DNA of 32,000 bases from an uncultured Opitutales bacterium (lineage in GTDB: Bacteria > Verrucomicrobiota > Verrucomicrobiia > Opitutales > UBA9783): assembly GCA_934691225.1 (NCBI GenBank), contig CAKUSQ010000001.1, positions 240,001-272,000 on the forward strand, in the 5' to 3' direction. The stretch's first letter is position 1. Each line of letters starts with the position of its first letter. The position numbers and the translations under genes are program-made. Of this stretch, positions 1-8,504 are shown piece by piece. The notes beneath the pieces were generated by a model, which saw only the letters and a list, made by a program, of their open reading frames with translations, made no database searches and was not told the DNA's origin.

Positions 1-501
1 TAAATCCTCTCTCTTTATGATTTCTGGCGAACTGTTCTTCGCACGATTTAAAGGAATAATACGCAAAGCCTTATCGTTCAAAGGTGTCACACCAATTCCA
101 TTGGCCGATAATACGCTCTTTAAAACCGAAATAGCTTCTTCACGCGACAATGGCATCGGTATATTTAGGTTAAAAGTCGCTTTAGGCAAATTACTTCCAA
201 TCACTAAAATGCGATCCGTCCACTTTTCAAGTAACGATAAAACTTGCTGCAAGGATTCGTTTACTAATGTCAGCGAATCAATAAATGCAGGCTCATTTTT
301 TACTTCAAAATTCGACTGCATCAATGGCATATTATCAACCTGTGCAGCACTTTCTGTTAATACAATATTTGAATTTTCATCCACATTTGTGTCGCCTTCT
401 CCACTCGCATTAGACGACGATGTAGGCTGAACAACTTCTGCACCAATGAATAAAGAACTCATTAGAGCTGTTGTAATAACAAACGGTTTCATTACCTTCA
501 T
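1..501 (-). CDS. gspD: Secretin (GspD/PilQ family), N-terminal part; the 3' end lies beyond the window start
   Basis: Not in the ORF track because it runs off the window edge. My minus-strand translation from the ATG at 501-499 gives MKVMKPFVITTALMSSLFIGAEV (signal-peptide-like). It continues ...LTLVNESLQQVLSLLEKWTDRILVIGSNLPKATFNLNIPMPLSREEAISVLKSVLSANGIGVTPLNDKALRIIPLNRAK, the pattern of a secretin N0 domain. The frame stays open to position 1. It starts 10 nt after the gspM-like gene. Confidence 0.65.
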   Translation of the reverse strand, partial: MKVMKPFVITTALMSSLFIGAEVVQPTSSSNASGEGDTNVDENSNIVLTESAAQVDNMPLMQSNFEVKNEPAFIDSLTLVNESLQQVLSLLEKWTDRILVIGSNLPKATFNLNIPMPLSREEAISVLKSVLSANGIGVTPLNDKALRIIPLNRAKNSSPEIIKREDL

Positions 502-511
502 AGATGTATTT

Positions 512-1069
512 TTATTTTTCACGAGTAATATCTTTCAATTGTAAAGCGCTTAAAGAAAAGTCCACTTCAAGCAATTCAGGGTTAAAAAGATTAGCATGTA
601 ATTTAACTTTTTCTAAACTTAAATAAGGTTTTTTAGCATAAACATCTTCCTCAAAACGTATCAAAGCATCCATCGAAGCATTTTCACAGTGCAACTGCAA
701 CGTGTGTGCATTAAAAATATCCCCTCGACGTGTCCTTGGCGAAGTCATCGAATAATTCAAGTCATACACACGAATAATGTTTTCAACTTCACCAGCGAAT
801 GTAGCACCTGAAAGTGTCTTCTTAGGATCCATAATGTCTAACATTTTATCAAGATTAGCATTAATTATAGATTCATTTTTAATCCAAAAATTAAGATTTT
901 TCAACTTCGCACTTACTAACTTCCAATTTTGTATAAGCGTCTTAGTTTGATGGCAACAACTGCTCAGCCACACAAGCATAAAAGAAACAGTAAAAAGCAA
1001 CAATAAAAACTTTTCTCGATAATTCAGCTTTAAAAAACGGTTGTGTAAACTTTTAAACCACTGCTTCAT
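512..1069 (-). CDS. GspM/PilO-like bitopic inner-membrane assembly protein
   Basis: 185 aa with a short basic N-terminus (LNYREKF), one TM helix (LLLLFTVSFMLVWL) and a periplasmic domain of about 130 aa. AGGAGG lies 6 nt upstream of the ATG. ATGA start/stop overlap with the upstream L-like gene (1069/1066). Assigned by architecture and position, not by diagnostic motifs. Confidence 0.4.
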   Translation of the reverse strand: MKQWFKSLHNRFLKLNYREKFLLLLFTVSFMLVWLSSCCHQTKTLIQNWKLVSAKLKNLNFWIKNESIINANLDKMLDIMDPKKTLSGATFAGEVENIIRVYDLNYSMTSPRTRRGDIFNAHTLQLHCENASMDALIRFEEDVYAKKPYLSLEKVKLHANLFNPELLEVDFSLSALQLKDITREK

Positions 1070-2226
1070 AAAACCTCCTTTAAATTTAGAAAATAAGCCG
1101 GTTGTTTCTCTTTAAAATCACAAGACAATTTAAACTTCGTTCCTAAATTTGAAGCATTGATATTATCGACGGTAACCGCTTCAAATAAACCGCTTTCCTG
1201 TAACGATTGTACATAATCATCGACAGACATCGCATTTTCAGCAACCGCTTCCACTATGATATTATGCGCATTATCGATTATAGCACTCGAAAAATAAATG
1301 CTCTTGGGACGAAATGAGTTCAACAATCCTAAAAGCTCGAAAGGCCGAACTTCTTGCTCCACAATCGTCTGCATTTGTCGAACCAAAAAATCTTTATTTT
1401 CTATTTTTTGTGCCGCTGGCGACAAACGATGAGTTGCACGTTTTTTAACCGCCAACCCCAAATTACCTAATCCTAAAATGCATTGAAAAAGCAACGTCAT
1501 TAGCAAACCAAGACTTGCCCATTTCATTCCAATTCTAGATATCCAGGCCCAATATTTCTGCTTTTTGAGTCCTTGTAATAATTCTTTGCTTCGAATGTCT
1601 GCCATCCATATACATTGAGAAGGAATGGATTGCGTTACCTCTTCTACCGATTCTTGTCCTTCAACACGAATCGTCAGATCACACTTATATTCAAATGCAT
1701 ATTTTTCATATACATCCTTCAATTCTACACGACGCAACGGCAAAGAAAGATATTTTTCTGGCAGCTGAGCCCTTATCGATGCAAAATCATCTGAATCTGA
1801 CTTCAAAAATAAGGACGGCATACCGTCAATAATCACAGAAATAGCTCCATGATGACTAAACATACAAACTTCTGAAGGTTTTGCAAATAACAACCCTAAA
1901 GCACTATGAGGAAACGCATGTCGTGTATTATTAATATCACCTTCAAGAGCTTGAATTCTATCTTTCACCCCAGCAAACCAAACAAATGTGTTACTAGCAT
2001 CATTTTTGGGCATCACTCCCCACAAAAGTTGTTCTATCGGGAAAGGCGAATTTTCAACAATTTGATTAAAAGCCTCTTCTAAAATTTTCTTATCTGAATT
2101 TTTATTAGAAACTTCAAACGGCTTAAAAATGAATAAATTATCTGGAATAAACAGGAAATCCCCTACAGGTATATCATCCTTTTTTTCCAAAACATCCATT
2201 TCTACGTTAGTGTTTTGACTTTTCAT
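1066..2226 (-). CDS. GspL-like / PilM-PilN-like assembly protein (cytoplasmic domain, one TM, periplasmic domain)
   Basis: 386 aa with a cytoplasmic N-domain of about 225 aa, a TM segment (WASLGLLMTLLFQCILGLGNLGL) and a C-terminal periplasmic domain of about 130 aa. ATGA overlap with the K-like gene (2226/2223). Position is immediately after the minor pseudopilins. Family assignment is by topology and context. Confidence 0.45.
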   Translation of the reverse strand: MKSQNTNVEMDVLEKKDDIPVGDFLFIPDNLFIFKPFEVSNKNSDKKILEEAFNQIVENSPFPIEQLLWGVMPKNDASNTFVWFAGVKDRIQALEGDINNTRHAFPHSALGLLFAKPSEVCMFSHHGAISVIIDGMPSLFLKSDSDDFASIRAQLPEKYLSLPLRRVELKDVYEKYAFEYKCDLTIRVEGQESVEEVTQSIPSQCIWMADIRSKELLQGLKKQKYWAWISRIGMKWASLGLLMTLLFQCILGLGNLGLAVKKRATHRLSPAAQKIENKDFLVRQMQTIVEQEVRPFELLGLLNSFRPKSIYFSSAIIDNAHNIIVEAVAENAMSVDDYVQSLQESGLFEAVTVDNINASNLGTKFKLSCDFKEKQPAYFLNLKEVL

Positions 2227-3326
2227 TGCGGTAAAAAATTATTTTCTGTTATCATTTTCTGCTCCAACACAACCAAACTTTTATTCATTTTATTTTTATT
2301 AAAGGTTATTGTCAAAGTAAAAATACTACTCAAACAAAAAGAAACATCTGCTTCTTGCAACATAATTTTCACAGAAACTATTCGCGGACTTGTACCTAAA
2401 TACATCTTCACATCTAACTGATTTTTTGCAGCATCTGAATCTTTTTTTTCTAAAGTAAGCGCACCATGCCCTCGTGAATTAATTTCCTTTAAATCTTTGT
2501 AAAATTTAGGTTTTTCTTTTGAATTTTCACTTAAACCTAAATGTTGTTCTATACGATCCAGATCTAAAGCAAAATTTTTTCCCATAACTTCCAAAACATC
2601 TTTAGAAGCTGAATTAATATTAATGGGATATCCCCCTAACAAGGTTGTACAAGCAATCAAACGATCTAATTTACTATTTCCAACACCTTTTTCATCAAAG
2701 AATACTGCTTTGAATGAACTGATGTCTTTCAATTGATCATAAGAACCTAAGACATATGTAAATTGAGGGCCTTGATTCAAGTTTTCTGTAGCTTTCTTCT
2801 CATCTGATTTAACTGTTTTTACTTCCTTATTTTTCGATAAATTTGTTTTAGCTCTATAACCTTCACATTCAATCATCCGACTGTGAATTGGCTTTTGATG
2901 ATACCACTGCCAGTAATCTTGCGTCAATTTTTGGGCATCCCAAATATCCACAAACAAGCAAAACAAAGCTTTTAACATTTTCTGATTGGGAACATTAAGC
3001 GGTATTTTACCTGATTCATCCTGAACAACTACTGTAACATTCATGGATTCAGGCAAATCTACTTTTATTTCTTTCAACAAATCATAATTTTTTTCAAGTA
3101 TCCCTTCTCGACTCAACTTCTGTTCCAATTGACATTTAACAGCAGATAAAATATTGTATGCTTCATGACGCAACGTTTCTTTTCCAGATAACTGTATTTT
3201 CAAGAAACTATCTCGCATAACATCAGATAAAAACAAACTCACAATGATGGACATAAGCATCAACATGCCTAAAACCAAAATAAGAATTGCCCCTTGTCTT
3301 CTATTTTTCATGCTTAGCCTTTTCAT
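2223..3326 (-). CDS. gspK: GspK-like minor pseudopilin
   Basis: N-terminus RRQGAILILVLGMLMLMSIIVSL is a GspK-type hydrophobic segment without the Glu5 of other pseudopilins. Internal ININSASKDVLEVM resembles the GspK helix-hairpin-helix INVNTA motif. Size is 367 aa. The true start is probably MKNRRQG at 3311. Confidence 0.55.
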   Translation of the reverse strand: MKRLSMKNRRQGAILILVLGMLMLMSIIVSLFLSDVMRDSFLKIQLSGKETLRHEAYNILSAVKCQLEQKLSREGILEKNYDLLKEIKVDLPESMNVTVVVQDESGKIPLNVPNQKMLKALFCLFVDIWDAQKLTQDYWQWYHQKPIHSRMIECEGYRAKTNLSKNKEVKTVKSDEKKATENLNQGPQFTYVLGSYDQLKDISSFKAVFFDEKGVGNSKLDRLIACTTLLGGYPININSASKDVLEVMGKNFALDLDRIEQHLGLSENSKEKPKFYKDLKEINSRGHGALTLEKKDSDAAKNQLDVKMYLGTSPRIVSVKIMLQEADVSFCLSSIFTLTITFNKNKMNKSLVVLEQKMITENNFLPQ

Positions 3327-4068
3327 TCAGAGTTTTCTTACTTTGTAATTGTTTTAGAGGTTTGGGATCGTTGTTTAATAAAATGAAACGTTCTTCTTCC
3401 CAATCATTATGAGAAAATTTCAAGCGAACTCCATCCGGCCTCCCATCCTTCATATCACGATTAAATTTATTACAGTAATCTTCTAGTGATGCAACAAATT
3501 CCCAACGACCTTTTTCTCGATCATAATGCGCATATTCCAATTGTGTCACGTAAGGGCTTAATATGAAAAACTTTATTGTGGTATTACCTGTAGCTTCTGT
3601 TCCATCTGACATCCTTTTTTTGGAAACTTCAGGTATTTCCCAACGTAAACACAATCCTGCTGGCGACAACATCAAAATACGCCACGCTAACGTATTTGTT
3701 TCGTGAGAAAATGGCAAAGCATTTGAAACGAAACCACCTAGAATCCAAACATTATTCTTATCAACGTACTCGCCTTGAACCAATTTAACCGCTTTATAAC
3801 ATTTTGTTGTTAAAGATTCCCCTGTTCTAATCAATATGCTTTCATTCAATTCGCTGGATAAAAAACGAACGCAATTATCAACATGATTAATAAAGTTTTC
3901 GTAGGGCGTCTTCTGCGTTTGCCAAGCATGAACAAAACCAACAAATAAAGACATCATCGCTGTCAAAATCAATCCACTCAAAGCTAACGAAATGACAACT
4001 TCAATGAGGGTAAAACCGCGATTTTTTCGATTACAATTCAACATCTTCCCTTTCTTCTTTTTGGACAA
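3301..4068 (-). CDS. GspJ-like minor pseudopilin
   Basis: Prepilin-type N-terminus NRGFTLIEVVISLALSGLIL (G/FTLIE methylation motif). At 255 aa it is the largest of the G-FxxxE pseudopilins, and it lies in the J position. The probable start is MLNCNRKNRG at 4044. Confidence 0.5.
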   Translation of the reverse strand: MSKKKKGKMLNCNRKNRGFTLIEVVISLALSGLILTAMMSLFVGFVHAWQTQKTPYENFINHVDNCVRFLSSELNESILIRTGESLTTKCYKAVKLVQGEYVDKNNVWILGGFVSNALPFSHETNTLAWRILMLSPAGLCLRWEIPEVSKKRMSDGTEATGNTTIKFFILSPYVTQLEYAHYDREKGRWEFVASLEDYCNKFNRDMKDGRPDGVRLKFSHNDWEEERFILLNNDPKPLKQLQSKKTLNEKAKHEK

Positions 4069-4474
4069 ATGAAAGCACTGTCGCTTTTTCCTGCGTCGTC
4101 ATCCAATCAGGTCGACTTACCCAAAAAGTAAAATCCTCATCTAATTCTTTTATCTTTACCTTAACCTTATACAAACTTGATACTTCACAAAATTCGACAG
4201 ACCCCTGCCAACTAATTTTTGTCTGATTGTCAGGCAAAAAGAACGTATGACTTACGGCTACATTATCGCGCTCTAATTGTTTTAATTCATCACGGATTAA
4301 GTGGCACACCAACGGTCTCGTGTTTTCTTTAGACAAATTATTTTTACACATTAAACCATTCACAAAGCTTTGCGTTAAAACTAGGATTGAAATAGAAAAA
4401 AGCGTAAGAGCCACAATGACCTCTATCAATGTAAACCCACTTTGCAATTTTCTTTTATGTTTCATCTTTGACAT
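4031..4474 (-). CDS. GspI-like minor pseudopilin
   Basis: KLQSGFTLIEVIVALTLFSISILVL prepilin motif in a small protein of about 145 aa. An alternative start at 4465 forms an ATGA overlap with the stop of the H-like gene (4464-4462). Confidence 0.5.
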   Translation of the reverse strand: MSKMKHKRKLQSGFTLIEVIVALTLFSISILVLTQSFVNGLMCKNNLSKENTRPLVCHLIRDELKQLERDNVAVSHTFFLPDNQTKISWQGSVEFCEVSSLYKVKVKIKELDEDFTFWVSRPDWMTTQEKATVLSFVQKEEREDVEL

Positions 4475-4941
4475 AACTTCAATTCACCTGTCAAAACATC
4501 CACTTCGTACTGTTCTTTTTCGTCCTCTCGTTCAAATTCAACAAAAACGCTCTTTAAAAAACCACTCTCATTGATTTCAATATTAGACACTTTAACTTCT
4601 GACGGCTTGAAAACACCATTTGCGGATAATTCTCCAGCTAACCATCGCATGTTTGTACCTTTAACGAAAGAAAAACCATGAAAAACCTCATCTTCAGAAT
4701 TTTTAACTTCAAAGGTATCTTCGTTAACACTTATAAAAATATTTGTATGTTTCTGTGAAGCTAACAAACGACCTTGCTGAATCGCCTTGTTCAAAGCGGT
4801 TGCTGGTTGGGTACCTCCCTGTCCAAATGCATTCTGTATGGCATCAAAATGTACCACACACACCGAAGAGATTAACCCCAACAATGCTAATACCAAAAGG
4901 ATTTCTATTAGAGAAAATCCTAGCAACCCTTCACGTTTCAT
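4462..4941 (-). CDS. GspH-like minor pseudopilin
   Basis: MKREGLLGFSLIEILLVLALLGL prepilin motif; 159 aa. It starts 2 nt after the gspG stop. Confidence 0.5.
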   Translation of the reverse strand: MKREGLLGFSLIEILLVLALLGLISSVCVVHFDAIQNAFGQGGTQPATALNKAIQQGRLLASQKHTNIFISVNEDTFEVKNSEDEVFHGFSFVKGTNMRWLAGELSANGVFKPSEVKVSNIEINESGFLKSVFVEFEREDEKEQYEVDVLTGELKLCQR

Positions 4942-4943
4942 GA

Positions 4944-5393
4944 CTATTCTTCGTTCTTGGAATCATCATCCCAATTACCGATATCGTCATCATCACCACT
5001 TTGACCACCTGGCCCCATCGACCAAATATCATAGCTGTTGCGATTATGAACACCAGGATAACGATACTGATATGGGTTACCCCATGGATCTAACAAACCA
5101 TCACGATCTTTAATATAAGGACCTTGCCAACGACTTGCTTTCCCCATAGGTGCTTTTAATAAAGCTGAAAGGCCCTCTTCAGTGGAAGGATAATTTCCAA
5201 CGTGTGAACGATAAGCCATCAAAGGAATATCAACACTCTTAGATACAAACAATTTCGCTACTGTTTTTTGGCCACTACCAAAAATCGAATCTGAATTAAT
5301 AACCACTAGGCCTAACAGCATACCCATTAAAGACAAAACAATCAAAATCTCAATCAATGAGAACCCACCACGATGTTTAATTCTTACACCCAT
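4944..5393 (-). CDS. gspG: Major pseudopilin GspG
   Basis: GGFSLIEILIVLSLMGML N-terminus plus the characteristic GspG core: YPSTEEGLSALL, WQGPYIK, LLDPWGNPYQYRYPG and YDIWSMGPGG. It ends in an unusually acidic tail, SGDDDDIGNWDDDSKNEE. Confidence 0.9.
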   Translation of the reverse strand: MGVRIKHRGGFSLIEILIVLSLMGMLLGLVVINSDSIFGSGQKTVAKLFVSKSVDIPLMAYRSHVGNYPSTEEGLSALLKAPMGKASRWQGPYIKDRDGLLDPWGNPYQYRYPGVHNRNSYDIWSMGPGGQSGDDDDIGNWDDDSKNEE

Positions 5394-5432
5394 ATATTTT
5401 ATTTTACACTTCTTTGAAAAAAAAACAACTCT

Positions 5433-6542
5433 TTATTTTGTAACATTAAATTTAAATAATGCAATATCACCTTCTTGAAACGTGTAATCTTTTCCTTCTA
5501 GACGAACTTTTCCCTTTTCTCGAGCTCCTACAAACCCTCCTTGCGCTACAAAATCCTGATAAGAAACAACTTCTGCTTTTATAAAACCTCTCTGAAAATC
5601 TGTATGAATAATTCCTGCACACTCAGGAGCTTTCATTCCTAACGCAAAAGTCCACGCATGAACTTCCTGAACACCGGCTGTAAAATACGAAGCTAAACCT
5701 AACAATTGATACGCGCGCTTAATCAACTCATTCACGCCACTATCTTTTAAATTCAAAGAAGCTAAATATTCAACAGCTTCCTCTTTAGATAAATCAACCA
5801 ATTCTGATTCCAATTTGGCGGACAGCATGCAATAAGATCCTGAACCTGTTTTCTCTAAAAACGAACGAACGGATTGAACATAATGATTTTCATTCCCGCG
5901 TTGCAAATCCATCTCAGAAACGTTACAAACATACAAAATAGGTTTCTGTGTTAACAAACACAATTGTTTCATTAGCCCAACTTCCTCACCTTCACAAACA
6001 AAATGATAGGCAGGTTTACCCGCGTTTAAATGTTCACATAAACGTTTCAATAACGTGTGCATCGCTACCGCTTCTTTATCCGCTGATTTAGCTTTTTTGG
6101 CCCAACGTTCTACTTGTTGCTCCACCGATTGAACATCCGCTAACAATAACTCTGTATTGATCACTTCTATATCTCTAACTGGATCCACTTGCCCCATTGA
6201 ATGTAAAATGTCATCATCTTCAAAGCAACGAACAACTTGAACGATCGCATCGACTTCTCGAATATTGGCTAAAAATTGATTACCTAAACCTTCCCCTTGA
6301 TAAGCTCCTTTAACCAAACCTGCAATATCTACAAATTCAATAGCCGCAGGTACAATTTTTTGTGTGTGAACCAAGGATGCTAAAATCGATAACCGATCGT
6401 CCGGAACTTCAACCATTCCAATATTAGGTTCTATTGTGCAAAACGGATAATTTGCAGCCTCAGCTTTATGTGTACGTGTAACCGCATTAAAAAGCGTACT
6501 TTTCCCAACATTTGGTAATCCAACTATTCCAACTCTTAGCAT
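5433..6542 (-). CDS. ychF: Ribosome-binding ATPase YchF (Obg-family P-loop protein)
   Basis: N-terminal GIVGLPNVGKSTLFNA P-loop, FCTIEPN, FVDIAGLVKGA, and a C-terminal TGS-like segment IHTDFQRGFIKAEV. Typical length, 369 aa. Confidence 0.95.
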   Translation of the reverse strand: MLRVGIVGLPNVGKSTLFNAVTRTHKAEAANYPFCTIEPNIGMVEVPDDRLSILASLVHTQKIVPAAIEFVDIAGLVKGAYQGEGLGNQFLANIREVDAIVQVVRCFEDDDILHSMGQVDPVRDIEVINTELLLADVQSVEQQVERWAKKAKSADKEAVAMHTLLKRLCEHLNAGKPAYHFVCEGEEVGLMKQLCLLTQKPILYVCNVSEMDLQRGNENHYVQSVRSFLEKTGSGSYCMLSAKLESELVDLSKEEAVEYLASLNLKDSGVNELIKRAYQLLGLASYFTAGVQEVHAWTFALGMKAPECAGIIHTDFQRGFIKAEVVSYQDFVAQGGFVGAREKGKVRLEGKDYTFQEGDIALFKFNVTK

Positions 6543-6620
6543 AGGTTTAATTTACAAAACATTTTTTTAAAAGTACAACTTTTTTATCAAAACACAAACT
6601 TTATTTTTAATTTCATAACA

Positions 6621-7175
6621 TCACAAATTTTCACTCTCAAGCTGTAAACAATAAGCACATGTCGCTTGATCTTCTTTTGTCTCTAAAAAGTAAATTTGTC
6701 CCAATTTATCAGGATCTGGTTTTAAAAGTATTTGTCGTGAATCTATTTGAAAAGTAAGCATTTTTTCTGAAAATTCATACAACTTCTGACTAACTTTATC
6801 GTAAAAAACACCTCTAAAACAATCTGGTTTATATGCCGTTTGACCCAATTCAAGTGAATATAAATGGCCATCATCCATTTCCACTACCACTGTTTTATTA
6901 TCCACATCTACGCGTTTCAACTGAAAACCTTCAGGGGTTTTTTGACGTTTTTCTAAATAAACCCATTTTTTGTTTTCAACACAAAACACATAACAAACCT
7001 TATCACCATTTAAAGATACAAACCCATGGTATTGTACATTCAATGGAATCCACTGTAAAGATTTAAGAACAATAGGAGCTTTTATAGATAAATCCAAGGG
7101 TTTAAAAAGTTCCTTAGCACACAACTGTCCTAAACAAACGCTCAAAAAAAAATATAATTTCGTACCTAATTTCAT
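6621..7175 (-). CDS. Exported protein of unknown function; possible GspC-HR/PilP-like periplasmic component
   Basis: I place the start at MKLGTKLYFFLSVCLGQLCA (signal-peptide-like, 7175-7173), which forms an ATGA overlap with the stop of the upstream ATPase gene (7174-7172). The mature part has a beta-rich pattern (YHGFVSLNGDKVCYVFCVENKKWVYLEKRQKTPEGFQLKRVDVDNKTVVVEMDDGHLYSLELGQ) reminiscent of PilP/GspC homology-region folds. The functional call is inference only. Confidence 0.3.
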   Translation of the reverse strand: MKLGTKLYFFLSVCLGQLCAKELFKPLDLSIKAPIVLKSLQWIPLNVQYHGFVSLNGDKVCYVFCVENKKWVYLEKRQKTPEGFQLKRVDVDNKTVVVEMDDGHLYSLELGQTAYKPDCFRGVFYDKVSQKLYEFSEKMLTFQIDSRQILLKPDPDKLGQIYFLETKEDQATCAYCLQLESENL

Positions 7176-8368
7176 GAACTTTTTTCTTTCATTTTCCACT
7201 GAAACCTTGGAGAACCACCGGCATTGTCATCTTCCCATTGTTGATGAATTTGTAAACGAACGTTATCCTGAAAAACAGAAAAATCAATACCTAATTCTAA
7301 ACACCTCAATGGAACCATCGATAAATTTTGCGCGTGCAATGTTGTTATTACAAGATATCCAGATAAACTTGCATAAAAAGCCGCCTTTGCCGTTTCAGTA
7401 TCTCGAATCTCTCCTAATAAAATAACATTAGGATCTTGTCGCAAAACTGCACGCAATGCCTCTTCAAAAGTATAACCTATCTTTGGTGCAATTTCTGTTT
7501 GCAGCAACTCACTCAATTCTGCTTCTATGGGATCCTCAATAGAAAGAACTTTTTGTCCGTATTGGCGCAATAATTTTGCTAACGAATACAAAGTGGTTGT
7601 CTTTCCACTTCCCGTTGGACCTGAAATCAAAATCATACCTGAGTGCCAATTTCGACACGAATTTTTCAAACAATTTAGTAAGTCATTCGGCAATTGCAAA
7701 TTTCCTAAAATAAATGGGAATAAGTCCTCACTTAACAAACGCAAAACTAAACTCTGCGATACCGAACTAGCTACATAAGACAATCGACAAAAAACAATTT
7801 TACCATCCAATAAATACCTAAAATGACCTTCTCGCGTACGCAATGTATCATCAAAATTTAACTGCGCTAAAGCTAATAAACTTTTTAAAAGTGCCTCACC
7901 TTCTTCTCCATTTAGTTTAAATGGTGACAACAAACATCTCTTTTGACGAAATTGTAATAAAACACCTTCTGCAGTTAATGTTAAAAAAATATCAGACGCT
8001 TTTAAGTTAAATGCTTGTTGTAAAATCTTCTCAAATTTCCTATGTTTGTTAAATTTCGAATCAAAATGCCCTAAATCTTTTTTGGCAACACCTGATCGGC
8101 AAACCATCCAACGAGCTTGTGTAGCCTTTTCTAAAGAGTGCAAACAATTCCCAGGTAACTCATTACCAAAGTATAAAATAAAATAATCTTCACTTACCTG
8201 GATGTAATCTAACCCTTCTCTTCTAAGAAGCGTTAAAGTATTGACACGATCATTGTACTTAAGATTGGCAAGGACACGAACCTGCCTTTCCTTTTGATGC
8301 GCCGCACGGGCACGCTTCAGCATGTTTAAAATCTGTTTCATAAAAACCGTGTCCTTTAAATATAACAC
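7172..8368 (-). CDS. gspE: Short GspE/PilB-family secretion ATPase
   Basis: Walker A ISGPTGSGKTTT, Asp box VLSIEDPIE, Walker B DPNVILLGEIRD and His box ITTLHA are all canonical. Only about 55 aa follow the His box, there is no tetracysteine motif, and the protein is at most 398 aa. The start is uncertain (ATGs at 8368, 8341, 8323), and each candidate overlaps the upstream zinc-ribbon ORF. Confidence 0.85.
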   Translation of the reverse strand: MLYLKDTVFMKQILNMLKRARAAHQKERQVRVLANLKYNDRVNTLTLLRREGLDYIQVSEDYFILYFGNELPGNCLHSLEKATQARWMVCRSGVAKKDLGHFDSKFNKHRKFEKILQQAFNLKASDIFLTLTAEGVLLQFRQKRCLLSPFKLNGEEGEALLKSLLALAQLNFDDTLRTREGHFRYLLDGKIVFCRLSYVASSVSQSLVLRLLSEDLFPFILGNLQLPNDLLNCLKNSCRNWHSGMILISGPTGSGKTTTLYSLAKLLRQYGQKVLSIEDPIEAELSELLQTEIAPKIGYTFEEALRAVLRQDPNVILLGEIRDTETAKAAFYASLSGYLVITTLHAQNLSMVPLRCLELGIDFSVFQDNVRLQIHQQWEDDNAGGSPRFQWKMKEKSS

Positions 8369-8504
8369 CGGATCCTTCCCCTATTTGTTTTTGCAAAGCA
8401 GGTTTATGACAATGAGGGCAAACGGTACGAACAGGTTCATTCATTGAATGAAAAATTTCAAAGTGCCGTCCGCATTCTTTACAAACATAATCGTAGGTTG
8501 GCAT
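8259..8504 (-). CDS. FmdB-family zinc-ribbon protein (CxxC...CxxC)
   Basis: MPTYDYVCKECGRHFEIFHSMNEPVRTVCPHCHKPALQKQIGEGSG matches the FmdB/CxxC_CxxC_SSSS N-terminal signature. The tail is Cys/Gly/Ser-rich (CPCGASKGKAGSCPCQS). I trimmed the start to the MPTYDY methionine. Confidence 0.8.
   Translation of the reverse strand: MPTYDYVCKECGRHFEIFHSMNEPVRTVCPHCHKPALQKQIGEGSGVIFKGHGFYETDFKHAEACPCGASKGKAGSCPCQS

Noticed and set aside
17-430. 137-aa plus-strand ORF at the window start
   Set aside because: It lies antisense to the much better supported secretin N-terminus, which has a signal peptide and an N0-domain pattern and continues the operon on the minus strand. Its own sequence has no recognisable features.
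4743-5113. Plus-strand ORFs 4743-4943 and 4787-5113, the latter with a His-rich stretch (RHHHHFDH)
   Set aside because: They are antisense to the gspH-like gene and to the clearly real gspG. The His-rich stretch is the mirror of the acidic GspG tail codons. These are frame artefacts of AT-rich DNA.
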